In this document: one piece after another, positions 48,215 to 60,900 of the stretch | Layout: each line of letters begins with the position of its first letter | Position numbering within the stretch: position 1 is the stretch's first letter | Assembly: GCA_043228905.1 (NCBI GenBank) | Contig: JBHGNT010000020.1 | Coordinates: 11,284,001 to 11,348,000 of the forward strand | Direction: 5' to 3' | DNA: 64,000 nt | Origin: Azolla caroliniana | Lineage: Eukaryota > Plantae > Polypodiophyta | The notes under the pieces: generated by a model | Databases searched by the model: none | What the model was told of the DNA's origin: nothing | The model's input: the letters and a program-made list of their open reading frames with translations, nothing else | Position numbers and translations under genes: made by a program

Positions 48215-48383
48215 ACTCACACACACAACTGTACACCTTATACATCTCTTCCGCTACACAAAATCACTCTTGATTCTTTGTACACGGTCCATATCTCAAC
48301 AATAGTCTACTGCTATCATAACTTGATAGTCTTCATCATATACTACTGATATAATTTCAGAACTGACGGTCTCAACTCCAACA
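46606..48383 (+). mobile_element. 3' fragment of copia element E (RT end, RNase H, PPT, LTR 47885-48383)
   Basis: QLVGSLIYL, GYTNANWAG, SWSNKKQ, KHIEVHYH; PPT GAAGGGGCG then TGTTGAGAATC...CTCCAACA. Confidence 0.8.
46984..47587. repeat. 151-bp tandem repeat x4 within the RNase H of copia E
   Basis: Units start at 46984, 47135, 47286 and 47437. Confidence 0.97.
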
Positions 48384-48736
48384 CTTGCACTCGTGGCAAC
48401 AAAATGGTGGCATCTCCATCAAATGGATGTCAAGAATGCATTTCTCCAAGACGAACTAGAGGAGGAAGTCTACATGGGTACAACCACCCGACTTCACATC
48501 CGAATGACGTATGCCAACTCAAGAAGCCCCTCTACGACCTCAAGCAAGCGCCATGGGCTTGGCATTCAAAGATAACGTAGTTTCTACACCAAATTGGCTT
48601 TTAAATGTTGAAGTCTGACAACTCCTTGTTTATCCAAAGCAACTCAAGTGGTCAGATCTTCATTATCGTATATGTTGACAACTTAGTGATCAATGGTGAA
48701 CACCTAGGAAGTTCAAGATGAAAGACATGAACGAAA

Positions 48737-51700
48737 TGTTGGGGACAAGGTCATCAGTGCGGAAGAACAAACAACATCTGTGATGTTGAAGGACCTGTGT
48801 ATGAGAATATATAGGATACACAGAGGGAGAGAGAGAGAGAGAGAGAGATAGGCACAAAGAAATGTTTTATTTCTTAATAGCAACAATTACAAATGACAAC
48901 CAACCACCACTAAAGGTTACAAAGTCATGGAGGAATGTCATTTTTACATCTAGCTGAATCAGCTCCAAGTTGTCGGTGGCCACGACACCGAGCATGAAAC
49001 GAAGGGTTGTCATTTTCACCACTGGTGAAAAGATTTCGTTGAAGTCGATGCCATATTCTTGTCGAAATCCCTTCGCAACTAATTTGGCCTTGTACTTTAG
49101 GTTGGTCGAGTCGGACGTCTCTTTTAGTCAATAGACCCACTTACACGGAAGAGCACCTCGATTCTTCGGTAATTCGACCAAGTGCCAAGTTTTGTTTGCG
49201 CAAATGAAGTGCATTTCCGACTCCATCGCTAGATGCCGGGTGGCTGAGTCGGCAGATGCCGATGCTTCTTCATAAGAGGTCGGTTTGCCGGCGTCGGTAA
49301 AGAAAATTCCGGGAGAGTACCTTTCCGGAGTTTGCGATAGTCTCTCAAATCTTCAAGGTATGACTGGACTAGTCGCACCGGGTATAGGTGTCGGATGGTC
49401 GGAAGCCGAGCCATTCAGTTGTGCTGAATCGGTGGATTCAGGACGGGAGGTGTCGGTTATCCGTGAAACCGATCTCGTGTTGTGGGTTGGGCCTTCATGA
49501 AGGGTTGGCACTTCAGAAAATATTACCCTTCGGACTTCAATAGGCCTTTCGGTCGTTTTATGCATAGCCGACTCGTTGAACACGACATCTGAACTTCAAA
49601 CGATTTGTCTATGCTCGGGGTCCTAGAGTCGGTATCCAATCTCGCCATCAGGTCCATATCCAAGGAAAACGCATTTCCTTGATCTTGGTTCGAGTTTCTG
49701 GCGGTCGTCTTTCGGTATGAGGACATACACCTCACAGTCGAAGATCCTCAGCTTATCATAATTCGGCTTACTGTCGGTCCACGTTTCCTGAGGTATTTTA
49801 AGTCCTAGAGGTCTACTTGGCGACATATTTATTATGTGTACATCGTAAGTAGAGCCTCCGCCCAGAAGCCATCCAAGAGTTCGGAGTGTTGGAGCATGGA
49901 TACTATGCATTCTTGAATCGTCTGATTCATGCGTTCAGCAATTCCATTCTGCTCTGGACTATAGGGTTTTGTATATTCACGTCGAATGCTGCGTTCCTGG
50001 CAAAATTTGACGAATTAGTCAAACTTGAATTCTCCTCCATTATCAGTTCGAAGAAATTTTGGTTTCCAACCGGTCTTGTTTTCGACCATTGCAAGCCATT
50101 CGGAGAAGATCGAGAACACCCAATCCTTGGTTCTAATGGGATAAGCCCACACCTTTTGAGTCGAGTCGTCAATAAAACTGACAAAGTACGAAGCACCACC
50201 GAGAGACAGATGTGGCATCGGGCCACAGACGTCCGAGTGGACCAAATCGAGGGGACTCGATTCTCTTGGTGCTGATGTCGGATGTGATGCGGCTACCTGT
50301 TTGCCATACTGGCAATGCTCACAGAATTGGTGATCCGAGAAGGAGAGCTCGGGGATGTAATCGGCTCTGGATAGGTGCGTTATGGCGGCCTTGCTGAGGT
50401 GTCCAAGTCGTCCGTGCCATAATGATGACACGGGGATATCAACCAAAAATAAGTCACCCTCTTTGAGTGTGACATATAAAGGGTACAAAGAGTGTACCTT
50501 TGGTCCTCGAGCAAGCAAGAGGTTCCCTTTGTGGAGTGTCCGCCCTCTTGATGAGAACCTGGCACGGATGCCGACTTCGTCAAGTTGTCTGACTGAGATC
50601 AAGGGTCTTGAATGCTCAGGAACGTGTTAGACATTGTGTAGTACAAGTGTAGAGCCACCTAGAAGGTTGAGCTCTACGGTGCCAATTCTAATTATGGCAC
50701 AGTGTTGCGAGTTCCCGACTCAAACTGAGTCGGAGTGCCGGTCCGAGTATTGTCGAAACCGAGATCGGTGAGGTGTCACATGATACGATGCGCCCGAGTC
50801 CAGGAGCCATGTGCTCAATTCCTCAGTCGTAAGTAGAACTTCTGATTCGACTGGGTTCTCTATGGACAGTATGTTCAAGTCGGTCGTCAATATTTCGGCT
50901 GAAGAGCCGACGTAGTTGACCTCCTCATGCCTGTTACTCTTCTGATCCGCTCTCTAAGCTTTGTCGGTTTTAGCTTTGAGTGCCCGACAGTCGGCTTTGA
51001 TGTGTCCCGGTTTCTTGCAGTAGTTGCAGATTTGGTTGTCCCGGGACTTGCTCCAGCTTCGTTGATTGTTCGGCGGTCGAGAAGAACTTCTTCCCCGGTT
51101 GTTCGATCAGTCGGTCAAACCTTGTACTACATAAGCTTCATCTGCCGAGTCTTTGGCGAAAGACTTTTTCCGAGTTGCTTCAGTCAAGATTGCACTCGTG
51201 ATTTCGGAGTACTTAATGGCAGTTGTTGAAGCATTGCACACGGTTGTGATGAAAGTTTCCCAAGAGGAGGGGAGACTACTCATGAGTATCATTGCTCTGA
51301 GTTCATCCTCTATTGTCGTCCCCTGAGACGATATTTCGGAGCTTAGGCTTTCGTACTCATTGAGGTGTGCCTGAACCGAATCGGATTCTTTCATCTGCAA
51401 GTTGTAGAGGTGTCGGATCAGATACATCTTAGTTGCAGCGACCTTCTTTTCATAAGTTTCCGACAGTGTTTTCCAAAGTTCAAAAGTTGTCGAGCATGAT
51501 TGCATTGTGAAGTACACTGACTCCGACAAGTGCATCCGAATCGTGGCTCGGACGATTCTTTCCAACTTTAGCCACTCGTTTGCCTTGTATGCTTCTAGAG
51601 GATTTTCATTCTCAATCGGGTCTATCTGACCCTTGACTATGAGATAGTCCTGCATTTGTTCCTTCTAGAAGTTGAAGTTCGAACCGTCGAACCTCCTTAG

Positions 51701-52340
51701 ACTCATCTCCGATGAGCCGGATGTTGATGCCATCTGATTTTGCTTCAGATGACTATAGCGATGAGAGGGACGGATCCAACTAATCCTCCCGAATGTCGAT
51801 TAGCCGAATAAAGCACGAATTTGGTTGTTGCCTGAAGACTGGTCTCAAGTGGTTACAGTAACGGGAACAGAGTACAGCCGGCTAGCGTACTCCAATTAGT
51901 GATTTAACACAGTGAGATGCAGACTTCTTGTTTGTCTTCTCTCTTCTCTGTTCTTCAAGAAAAAAAACAGAAACAGAGTGTTGTGTGGTGTATTATGACG
52001 GCCAGCAACGGGTTGAAGAACCTTCGACGCTCTGATACCAAATGTTGGGGACAAGGTCGTCAATGCGGAAGAACAAACAACATCTGTGATGTTGAAGGAC
52101 CTGTGTATGAGAATATACAAGATACACACACACACACACACAGGTAGGCACAAAGAAACATTTTATTTCTTAATAGCAACAGTTACAAATGACAACCAAC
52201 CACCACTAAAGGTTACAAAGTCACTTTATATAGTGACTATCCTAGGGCAACTGCCCTTTATGCTATTTACAGAAATAGCCCAAACTTGGGCTATCCAAAG
52301 GGACAGTGTGAATACGACCATTATACACTCATATTCGACA
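48737..52340 (-). mobile_element. Ty1/copia element F (relative of A): 5' LTR 52340-52043, truncated 3' LTR 48926-48737, TSD CGAAA/CGAAC; RT C-terminus and RNase H deleted
   Basis: PBS TGGTATCAGAGC (52040-52029); gag/PR/INT clearly homologous to A, with stops; RT jumps from the DVKxxFLH motif straight into LTR sequence near 48927. Confidence 0.92.
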
Positions 52341-55300
52341 CGAACTTCATTACTTCCTAGGAATCAAGGTCATTCGAACCGGCACCGGCATCATGCTCTC
52401 CTAATGCCACCACATATAGAATCTTCTATTCAAGTTCGGCATGATGGACCACAAGCCAATCTTGACTCCCATCGACCCCAAATTGAACTCTAGCACACCA
52501 TGTGAGCCGACTCAATATTGGCAAATCATCGGGAGTCTCATCTACCTAACTATCACCTGACCCAACCTGAGCTATCCGGTCGGCCTACTTAGCCTATTTA
52601 TGTAAACACCATGAGACACATATTTGCATTGTGCTAAGCAAATCTTACGATATGTTAGTAGGAGCATGGATTAGGGAACTTCGACAAGGAGTGAGCAATT
52701 ATTCATCTAGAAGTATGCACAGATGCATATTGGGTTGGCAGTGTATCCAATCGACGGGCAACTTCTAGCTTCGTCTTCTCACTCAAAAGCGGAGAAATCT
52801 CATGGAGTAGCAAGAAGCAACATACAGTTGTTCTATCGAGCCTTGAAGCCGAATACAGGGGCACAACCTTAGCCACCTACGAAGCCATTTGGTTGAAGTG
52901 ACTACATGTAAAGGACTTTAATGAATCGGTCGTCGAACTTATATGTATCTTCTACGACAATCAAAGCAACATTCAGCTAGCCCGAAATCCGATATTTAAT
53001 GCACGAACAAAACACGTAGAGGTACACTAACACTATGTTCGAGAGCACATCATTGATGCAGATATTGATATTCTCCACATCAGCATTGACCTACAGACGG
53101 CCGATATCTTCACCAAGGCCTTAGGAGCAGACAAGCTTCAACAGTTTTCATTAGCACTCAGCCTTCGACCACTCAACACTACAAGCCTTCGTCACCGGCT
53201 TGAGGGGGAGGAACCAAAACTACCGACTGGAAATGCTGAAAGCTTAAAGTGGGACAGGAGTCGACACGAGTCAGAAGCCAAAAGCGAGCCGGAACCGGAA
53301 GCCGAACAAGACGTCGGAGTCAACACACTTGAGCTTGAAGGGGCGTGTTGAGATATCAAGCTCAACTAGGTTTAGTTATTTTGTCAATTATATAACTTAA
53401 TATTTACATAAGTAGAATCTAGTTAGTGTGTTGACTTTAAGCCCTTAAATAGGATTTTGCACTTGTACTTAAGTGGGATACATTCTAGATCCTCCACTCT
53501 CAAGTTCATTTAATATAGGACTTATATCCTTGTACCTATATTCTCCTCACACGTGCACTCTTGCACATGAGATGTATATATACCTTCATTGTGGGCATTT
53601 TTGTAACTTGATGATGCTTATTAATATAGAGAAAGGTCTTTAAGCTATACTCTTGTTAATCATCCCCCATAGTGTTCCTAAGTGTAACTTCCTCTTTCAC
53701 ACGTGCATCCACATACACACACATATATCACATAGTCTTCCATTGCTTAACCACATACGTGATTAACTACTCACATAATTTGATACTAGTTAACCCTTAG
53801 TCAAGTACCTAATTATTAACACATGCTCTAATATAGAAATAAAATTTTACAACACATCTCAACGTAAATTAGGCACTTTTACTTCAAAAATGCTTGAAAT
53901 TCGGGCATTGACTTCCAAGGGGCAATGTAAACCAAATATTATTAAAGAAAACAAGAAAGTGAGACAAAAGTATGTCTTGTTGTTCTTTTGCTCTAAATGT
54001 AACTTTAAACAAAACTTTCCGAGACCTTGTATACATCTTCAACACTATATGTCCCCCATTATTGCATTAATCCTCTAGTAAACCCAATCTACCAATGGTA
54101 TTTTCCATGTGAAGAAACAAATTATACCTCCATCATAAAATATTCCGAAGGCTTTGAGGGTGTTCTTTTATGGTTCTCCACCTCTACAATATCCTTCAAC
54201 TTTGTGTCAGCCAAATATCATTGTCAAGTAGAATGTCCTGGGTTGCTTGGTTATCAACTTCATGAAGTGCATTCCAACATTGTTCTCTTGTCTCTTCCTC
54301 ACCTTTGGTCAAGATTTGTGTGTATGGTTGTTTAGGCACCATGTCTACTCCATGCTCTTCCATATTGGCTTCACTTGCCCTTGGTTTTTTTGAAGCTTTC
54401 TCAACAATCAATATATTATTCGACAACAAAGAACTAGCCATTGTGATTATCGAAGCTTGTTTGGAAGTGGCTTCTATCTTTGGATTGTCCATAATGGTGT
54501 TTCCATACAAGAATTTTGATTAAAATAGTGGACAAACATTGTCTTTGCCTTTTTTCTCACCAAAATTGAGCTCATCAAAACCACTTGTTATTGTCCACTT
54601 TGAATAAATAGATGTGTCCACCAACGAGCAGGTTATAGTTGAGTATTGATGACACATGATGTCCACATGGTGAGTGATTTTAACATGTGACCCCATCCAT
54701 TGCATTCCTCTTATTTAGTGTTGTTTTATTCAAGAAACGGTTGTATATATGTATATTAGAGCCTTGATCCCCAATTTTCTAATTCATACGAGGTTATAGG
54801 CATGGTAATAAAGTTGCAACTTGGTTCACAAGTTTTAAAACTATATTTGCATGCGGTGTCACTCTAGTGCCCAAATGGATGCTTGTGCTCCTCAAGAGAT
54901 AGTAGTTCTCAAAAAATATGGCACTCTAGGTTACTAAGGTTTGAAACAAGATGACTTTAATTTTCCCAACATTCACCGCGTCATTTCTATCTTCCCAAGA
55001 TGGACATTCATGCTCCACAAGAGATAATAATTCTTAAAAAACGTGGCACTCTAGCTTACTAAGGTCTAAAACAAGATGACTTTAATTTTCCCAACAATTA
55101 CCATATTTCTATATTCTTACACTGTTGTGTCAGAAATGTGCACGACATGGTCCATCAATATATTTTTGAAAGCACAATCTATGTATTATGTATGAAAGCC
55201 TCATCTATGAAAAGGCCAAAATAAATGGTTACATATGTTTGTTTCATTGAAATTTGTGCGAACATTTCTCTACAGTCGAGACTCACCACCCAAGGGAATG

Positions 55301-56123
55301 AATGGCAATGAACATAATATATACTTACATCACACCATTAATTGGCTATCAAAATAGCCCACGCTCTTCACAAGACAAGGAGCAAGTCCGAATTTCGGCA
55401 TACCTTTAGAAACCATCTTTATGCAAACAAACAAGTTTTTAATATACACAGTAAAAGTGAAAATGAAAATGAAAAGGCCGCAAAGCACTATTGCGAAATA
55501 GTTTTAAGTCAGCTTTGCTGCGTTTGGAAAAAAAAGTGCATCGGCACCTAACTCGTACGAGCTTCGCATTAAATTCAAGGGGCATTTACGATAAGCTTCG
55601 CACAACTTCCCTCTTTATGGAATTATACATCGCACGTCAAGATGACAGAAGGAAAAGATTTTAAATCCATTGACCCTGCGTGACAAGAGTGTGGGCCTTT
55701 ACTACACAACCATGTCATGTATGTCAATGTCACATACAACTAGCTAATGCACACCTCACCTTAGGACTTACTTCCGAATCCCCATTACCACGAGGGTATA
55801 GAGACACTGACATGTTGACTCCTTTTACTATTAACCACCACCAAAGAATCATTGAATGTGAACACGCACACATGCATGTAGGCATACCTATCTCTATGCA
55901 TCATAATCTTTCACTTTGGACACAACAAACACACTCAGTATAGTATTCAAGAGAGTAACAACAACTGTTCCTCTCTTTCTTTAACACTAATAAGTGTGAT
56001 GCAACAAATAAAATCCATGGCTTTTGAAAGAATAATATAGGAGTTTATATTGGATTCATACAGTAAAAGAAGACAACAAAAATCCAAGGAGAAAAAGAAA
56101 AAAATTTAACTCTTTGTTCTTTT

Positions 56124-57362
56124 TTATGTTACAAGACTAATTCCAGCCTCAAGGAGACCAGTGGCCAAGATGGCATTTGCAGCTTGAGAAGGGTGAACAC
56201 TATCAAAGAAGACATACTGGGTCGCGTTCGTGCAAGTCCCAATGCTAAGCCTGTTGCAAAGAATCGCGGTCTCAACTGCGCCAGTTCCGCAACATCCTCT
56301 CCTCGTCTCGGTGAATCCTACATATGCAACAAAAAAAAGGTTATCGATAAATATATATTCAGTTCCGATGTATATAAAAAACAAGATTATCGATTGATAC
56401 ATGTTTGTTTCTGACATAAACAAACAAGGTTATCAATCGATTGATATGCGTGTATGTTTCTGACATATACAACAAACAAAGTTATCGATCCATATATATA
56501 GATATATGTTTGTTTCTGACATATACAACAAACAAAGTTATGGATCGATATATGTTCACTCATTCATAAAACATGCAATCTGTTATTGTGAGCATACTAT
56601 AATATATACATACATACATACATACATACATACATACATACATACATACATACAAACCCTTAAAGAGTTCAATAGGTCAAAAAGATTGCCATATAGACTT
56701 ACGGTCTACCAGGTGTCTTATATAGACCTAGGATTATACATAAATGACAATAAATGGGCACATCCTGGCAGAATGGAGGATAAAAGAAAAGGCAATGAAT
56801 AAGCCCCTATGGGTGGATAAATGTTAGGAGGGTAGTTACATCAATGCAGGCACAATATGCAATAAGAACCAATAGGTGGATACAATGTTACAATAAATGA
56901 GGCACCAACAGGTGCATAAATGTTTGCTATGCCCAATAATCAATCACATGGTAAGCACAATATATATAATGAGCATTAATGGCACATTAAAATGTGTGAC
57001 AACCCTAAATGGATCACCAAACAGTGCCTAACATTTAATGCACTCTGTTTGGAAAATCAATGCCGAAAATGAAGAACACGAAAAGAAGGAATGATGATGG
57101 ATGAGTTACCATTTGCAGCAGGGTTGTTTATGAGGTCAAGGAGACCTGTGTAGACATCAAAGTAGGCGATTTTGAGGCCCGGGAGTGAGGCCCCGAGGCG
57201 GCCAACTGTTTCGTTGAGGGCTACATTGTAGTTGCTCGCAACCTTGTTTAGGCTCTCGACACAACCAGATGAGCTCCGGGAGACGGTGAGCTCCAATGGT
57301 ACGCACCCGAACGGGGGGAGGGACACCACACCTATCCTTCTTGCACCATGGTGGTAGAGATT
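56124..57362 (-). CDS. GDSL esterase/lipase (APG-like), last two exons; 5' part lost in the assembly gap
   Basis: Exons 57362-57110 (NLYHHGARRIGVVSLPPFGCVP...DLINNPAAN) and 56317-56124 (GFTETRRGCCGTG...YVFFDSVHPSQAAN, catalytic DxxH). Confidence 0.93.
56318..56552. repeat. ~50-bp tandem repeat at the 3' end of the GDSL last intron; (TACA)n follows at 56607-56654
   Basis: Four to five units of CTGACATATACAACAAACAAAGTTATCGAT. Confidence 0.8.
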
Positions 57363-57473
57363 CTACAAAAAAACAAAAAATCGGGCCCATTTCGATGTGT
57401 TATAGGTCTCATTAACAAGAAGGGAGGATGATTTCGTTCAAGAGAATGAAAGAAGAAAGCAACGATTGATTTA

Positions 57474-57573
57474 NNNNNNNNNNNNNNNNNNNNNNNNNNN
57501 NNNNNNNNNNNNNNNNNNNNNNNNNNNNNNNNNNNNNNNNNNNNNNNNNNNNNNNNNNNNNNNNNNNNNNNNN
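57474..57573. other. Scaffold gap (100 N)
   Basis: Run of Ns. Confidence 1.
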
Positions 57574-57921
57574 AATCCGATGACTAGTCTGAACCCCGAA
57601 CCAACTATTTGGTGACCGAGGTTGTGTTTGAAGGGGCGTGTTGAGAATCAAACTCAACTTCTCTAGTGTGGGAACACACCTTAGTGTGTGAACACACCAC
57701 CTCCTAGTATAGTAACTAGTGTGTCATAGAACTATAAGATGCTATGACACATATCTAGTGTAATTAATTCTCCATCTCTCTTTAGTAAGTGGTGCTTGTA
57801 GAAAGAGAATATAGAGAGAAGGTGACTATATAAACACATCTCCTCTTACTTGTAAATTGTTGGTTCATTCTTGTACTCTTACTCTCATTAATATAGTTTT
57901 TTTTCCTTGTTTTCTGTATAC

Positions 57922-57988
<67 letters not shown>

Positions 57989-60900
57989 ACTCACACACAC
58001 AACTGTACACCTTATACATCTCTTCCGCTACACAAAATCACTCTTGATTCTTTGTACACGGTCCATATCTCAACAATAGTCTACTGCTATCATAACTTGA
58101 TAGTCTTCATCATATACTACTGATATAATTTCAGAACTGACGGTCTCAACTCCAACACTTGCACTCGTGGCAACAAAATGGTGGCATCTCCATCAAATGG
58201 ATGTCAAGAATGCATTTCTCCAAGACGAACTAGAGGAGGAAGTCTACATGGGTACAACCACCCGACTTCACATCCGAATGACGTATGCCAACTCAAGAAG
58301 CCCCTCTACGACCTCAAGCAAGCGCCATGGGCTTGGCATTCAAAGATAACGTAGTTTCTACACCAAATTGGCTTTTAAATGTTGAAGTCTGACAACTCCT
58401 TGTTTATCCAAAGCAACTCAAGTGGTCAGATCTTCATTATCGTATATGTTGACAACTTAGTGATCAATGGTGAACACCTAGGAAGTTCAAGATGAAAGAC
58501 ATGAACGAAATGTTGGGGACAAGGTCATCAGTGCGGAAGAACAAACAACATCTGTGATGTTGAAGGACCTGTGTATGAGAATATATAGGATACACAGAGG
58601 GAGAGAGAGAGAGAGAGAGAGATAGGCACAAAGAAATGTTTTATTTCTTAATAGCAACAATTACAAATGACAACCAACCACCACTAAAGGTTACAAAGTC
58701 ATGGAGGAATGTCATTTTTACATCTAGCTGAATCAGCTCCAAGTTGTCGGTGGCCACGACACCGAGCATGAAACGAAGGGTTGTCATTTTCACCACTGGT
58801 GAAAAGATTTCGTTGAAGTCGATGCCATATTCTTGTCGAAATCCCTTCGCAACTAATTTGGCCTTGTACTTTAGGTTGGTCGAGTCGGACGTCTCTTTTA
58901 GTCAATAGACCCACTTACACGGAAGAGCACCTCGATTCTTCGGTAATTCGACCAAGTGCCAAGTTTTGTTTGCGCAAATGAAGTGCATTTCCGACTCCAT
59001 CGCTAGATGCCAGGTGGCTGAGTCGGCAGATGCCGATGCTTCTTCATAAGAGGTCGGTTTGCCGGCGTCGGTAAAGAAAATTCCGGGAGAGTACCTTTCC
59101 GGAGTTTGCGATAGTCTCTCAAATCTTCAAGGTATGACTGGACTAGTCGCACCGGGTATAGGTGTCGGATGGTCGGAAGCCGAGCCATTCAGTTGTGCTG
59201 AATCGGTGGATTCAGGACGGGAGGTGTCGGTTATCCGTGAAACCGATCTCGTGTTGTGGGTTGGGCCTTCATGAAGGGTTGGCACTTCAGAAAATATTAC
59301 CCTTCGGACTTCAATAGGCCTTTCGGTCGTTTTATGCATAGCCGACTCGTTGAACACGACATCTGAACTTCAAACGATTTGTCTATGCTCGGGGTCCTAG
59401 AGTCGGTATCCAATCTCGCCATCAGGTCCATATCCAAGGAAAACGCATTTCCTTGATCTTGGTTCGAGTTTCTGGCGGTCGTCTTTCGGTATGAGGACAT
59501 ACACCTCACAGTCGAAGATCCTCAGCTTATCATAATTCGGCTTACTGTCGGTCCACGTTTCCTGAGGTATTTTAAGTCCTAGAGGTCTACTTGGCGACAT
59601 ATTTATTATGTGTACATCGTAAGTAGAGCCTCCGCCCAGAAGCCATCCAAGAGTTCGGAGTGTTGGAGCATGGATACTATGCATTCTTGAATCGTCTGAT
59701 TCATGCGTTCAGCAATTCCATTCTGCTCTGGACTATAGGGTTTTGTATATTCACGTCGAATGCTGCGTTCCTGGCAAAATTTGACGAATTAGTCAAACTT
59801 GAATTCTCCTCCATTATCAGTTCGAAGAAATTTTGGTTTCCAACCGGTCTTGTTTTCGACCATTGCAAGCCATTCGGAGAAGATCGAGAACACCCAATCC
59901 TTGGTTCTAATGGGATAAGCCCACACCTTTTGAGTCGAGTCGTCAATAAAACTGACAAAGTACGAAGCACCACCGAGAGACAGATGTGGCATCGGGCCAC
60001 AGACGTCCGAGTGGACCAAATCGAGGGGACTCGATTCTCTTGGTGCTGATGTCGGATGTGATGCGGCTACCTGTTTGCCATACTGGCAATGCTCACAGAA
60101 TTGGTGATCCGAGAAGGAGAGCTCGGGGATGTAATCGGCTCTGGATAGGTGCGTTATGGCGGCCTTGCTGAGGTGTCCAAGTCGTCCGTGCCATAATGAT
60201 GACACGGGGATATCAACCAAAAATAAGTCACCCTCTTTGAGTGTGACATATAAAGGGTACAAAGAGTGTACCTTTGGTCCTCGAGCAAGCAAGAGGTTCC
60301 CTTTGTGGAGTGTCCGCCCTCTTGATGAGAACCTGGCACGGATGCCGACTTCGTCAAGTTGTCTGACTGAGATCAAGGGTCTTGAATGCTCAGGAACGTG
60401 TTAGACATTGTGTAGTACAAGTGTAGAGCCACCTAGAAGGTTGAGCTCTACGGTGCCAATTCTAATTATGGCACAGTGTTGCGAGTTCCCGACTCAAACT
60501 GAGTCGGAGTGCCGGTCCGAGTATTGTCGAAACCGAGATCGGTGAGGTGTCACATGATACGATGCGCCCGAGTCCAGGAGCCATGTGCTCAATTCCTCAG
60601 TCGTAAGTAGAACTTCTGATTCGACTGGGTTCTCTATGGACAGTATGTTCAAGTCGGTCGTCAATATTTCGGCTGAAGAGCCGACGTAGTTGACCTCCTC
60701 ATGCCTGTTACTCTTCTGATCCGCTCTCTAAGCTTTGTCGGTTTTAGCTTTGAGTGCCCGACAGTCGGCTTTGATGTGTCCCGGTTTCTTGCAGTAGTTG
60801 CAGATTTGGTTGTCCCGGGACTTGCTCCAGCTTCGTTGATTGTTCGGCGGTCGAGAAGAACTTCTTCCCCGGTTGTTCGATCAGTCGGTCAAACCTTGTA

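Larger units (their letters stand above)
42345..53821 (+). mobile_element. Ty1/copia element C (same family as B), LTRs 42345-42821 and 53346-53821, TSD CATGT/CATGC; decayed, with nested insertions
   Basis: TG...CA LTR pair homologous to the B LTRs; gag MNTQMGSSLPSEK from 42991; RT pieces 48384-48736 (HQMDVKNAF) and 52341-53210 (RT end, RNase H); PPT GAAGGGGCG. Confidence 0.9.

Noticed and set aside
54027-54705. Short ORFs after copia C
   Set aside because: Fragmentary and unassignable; possibly a decayed repeat.
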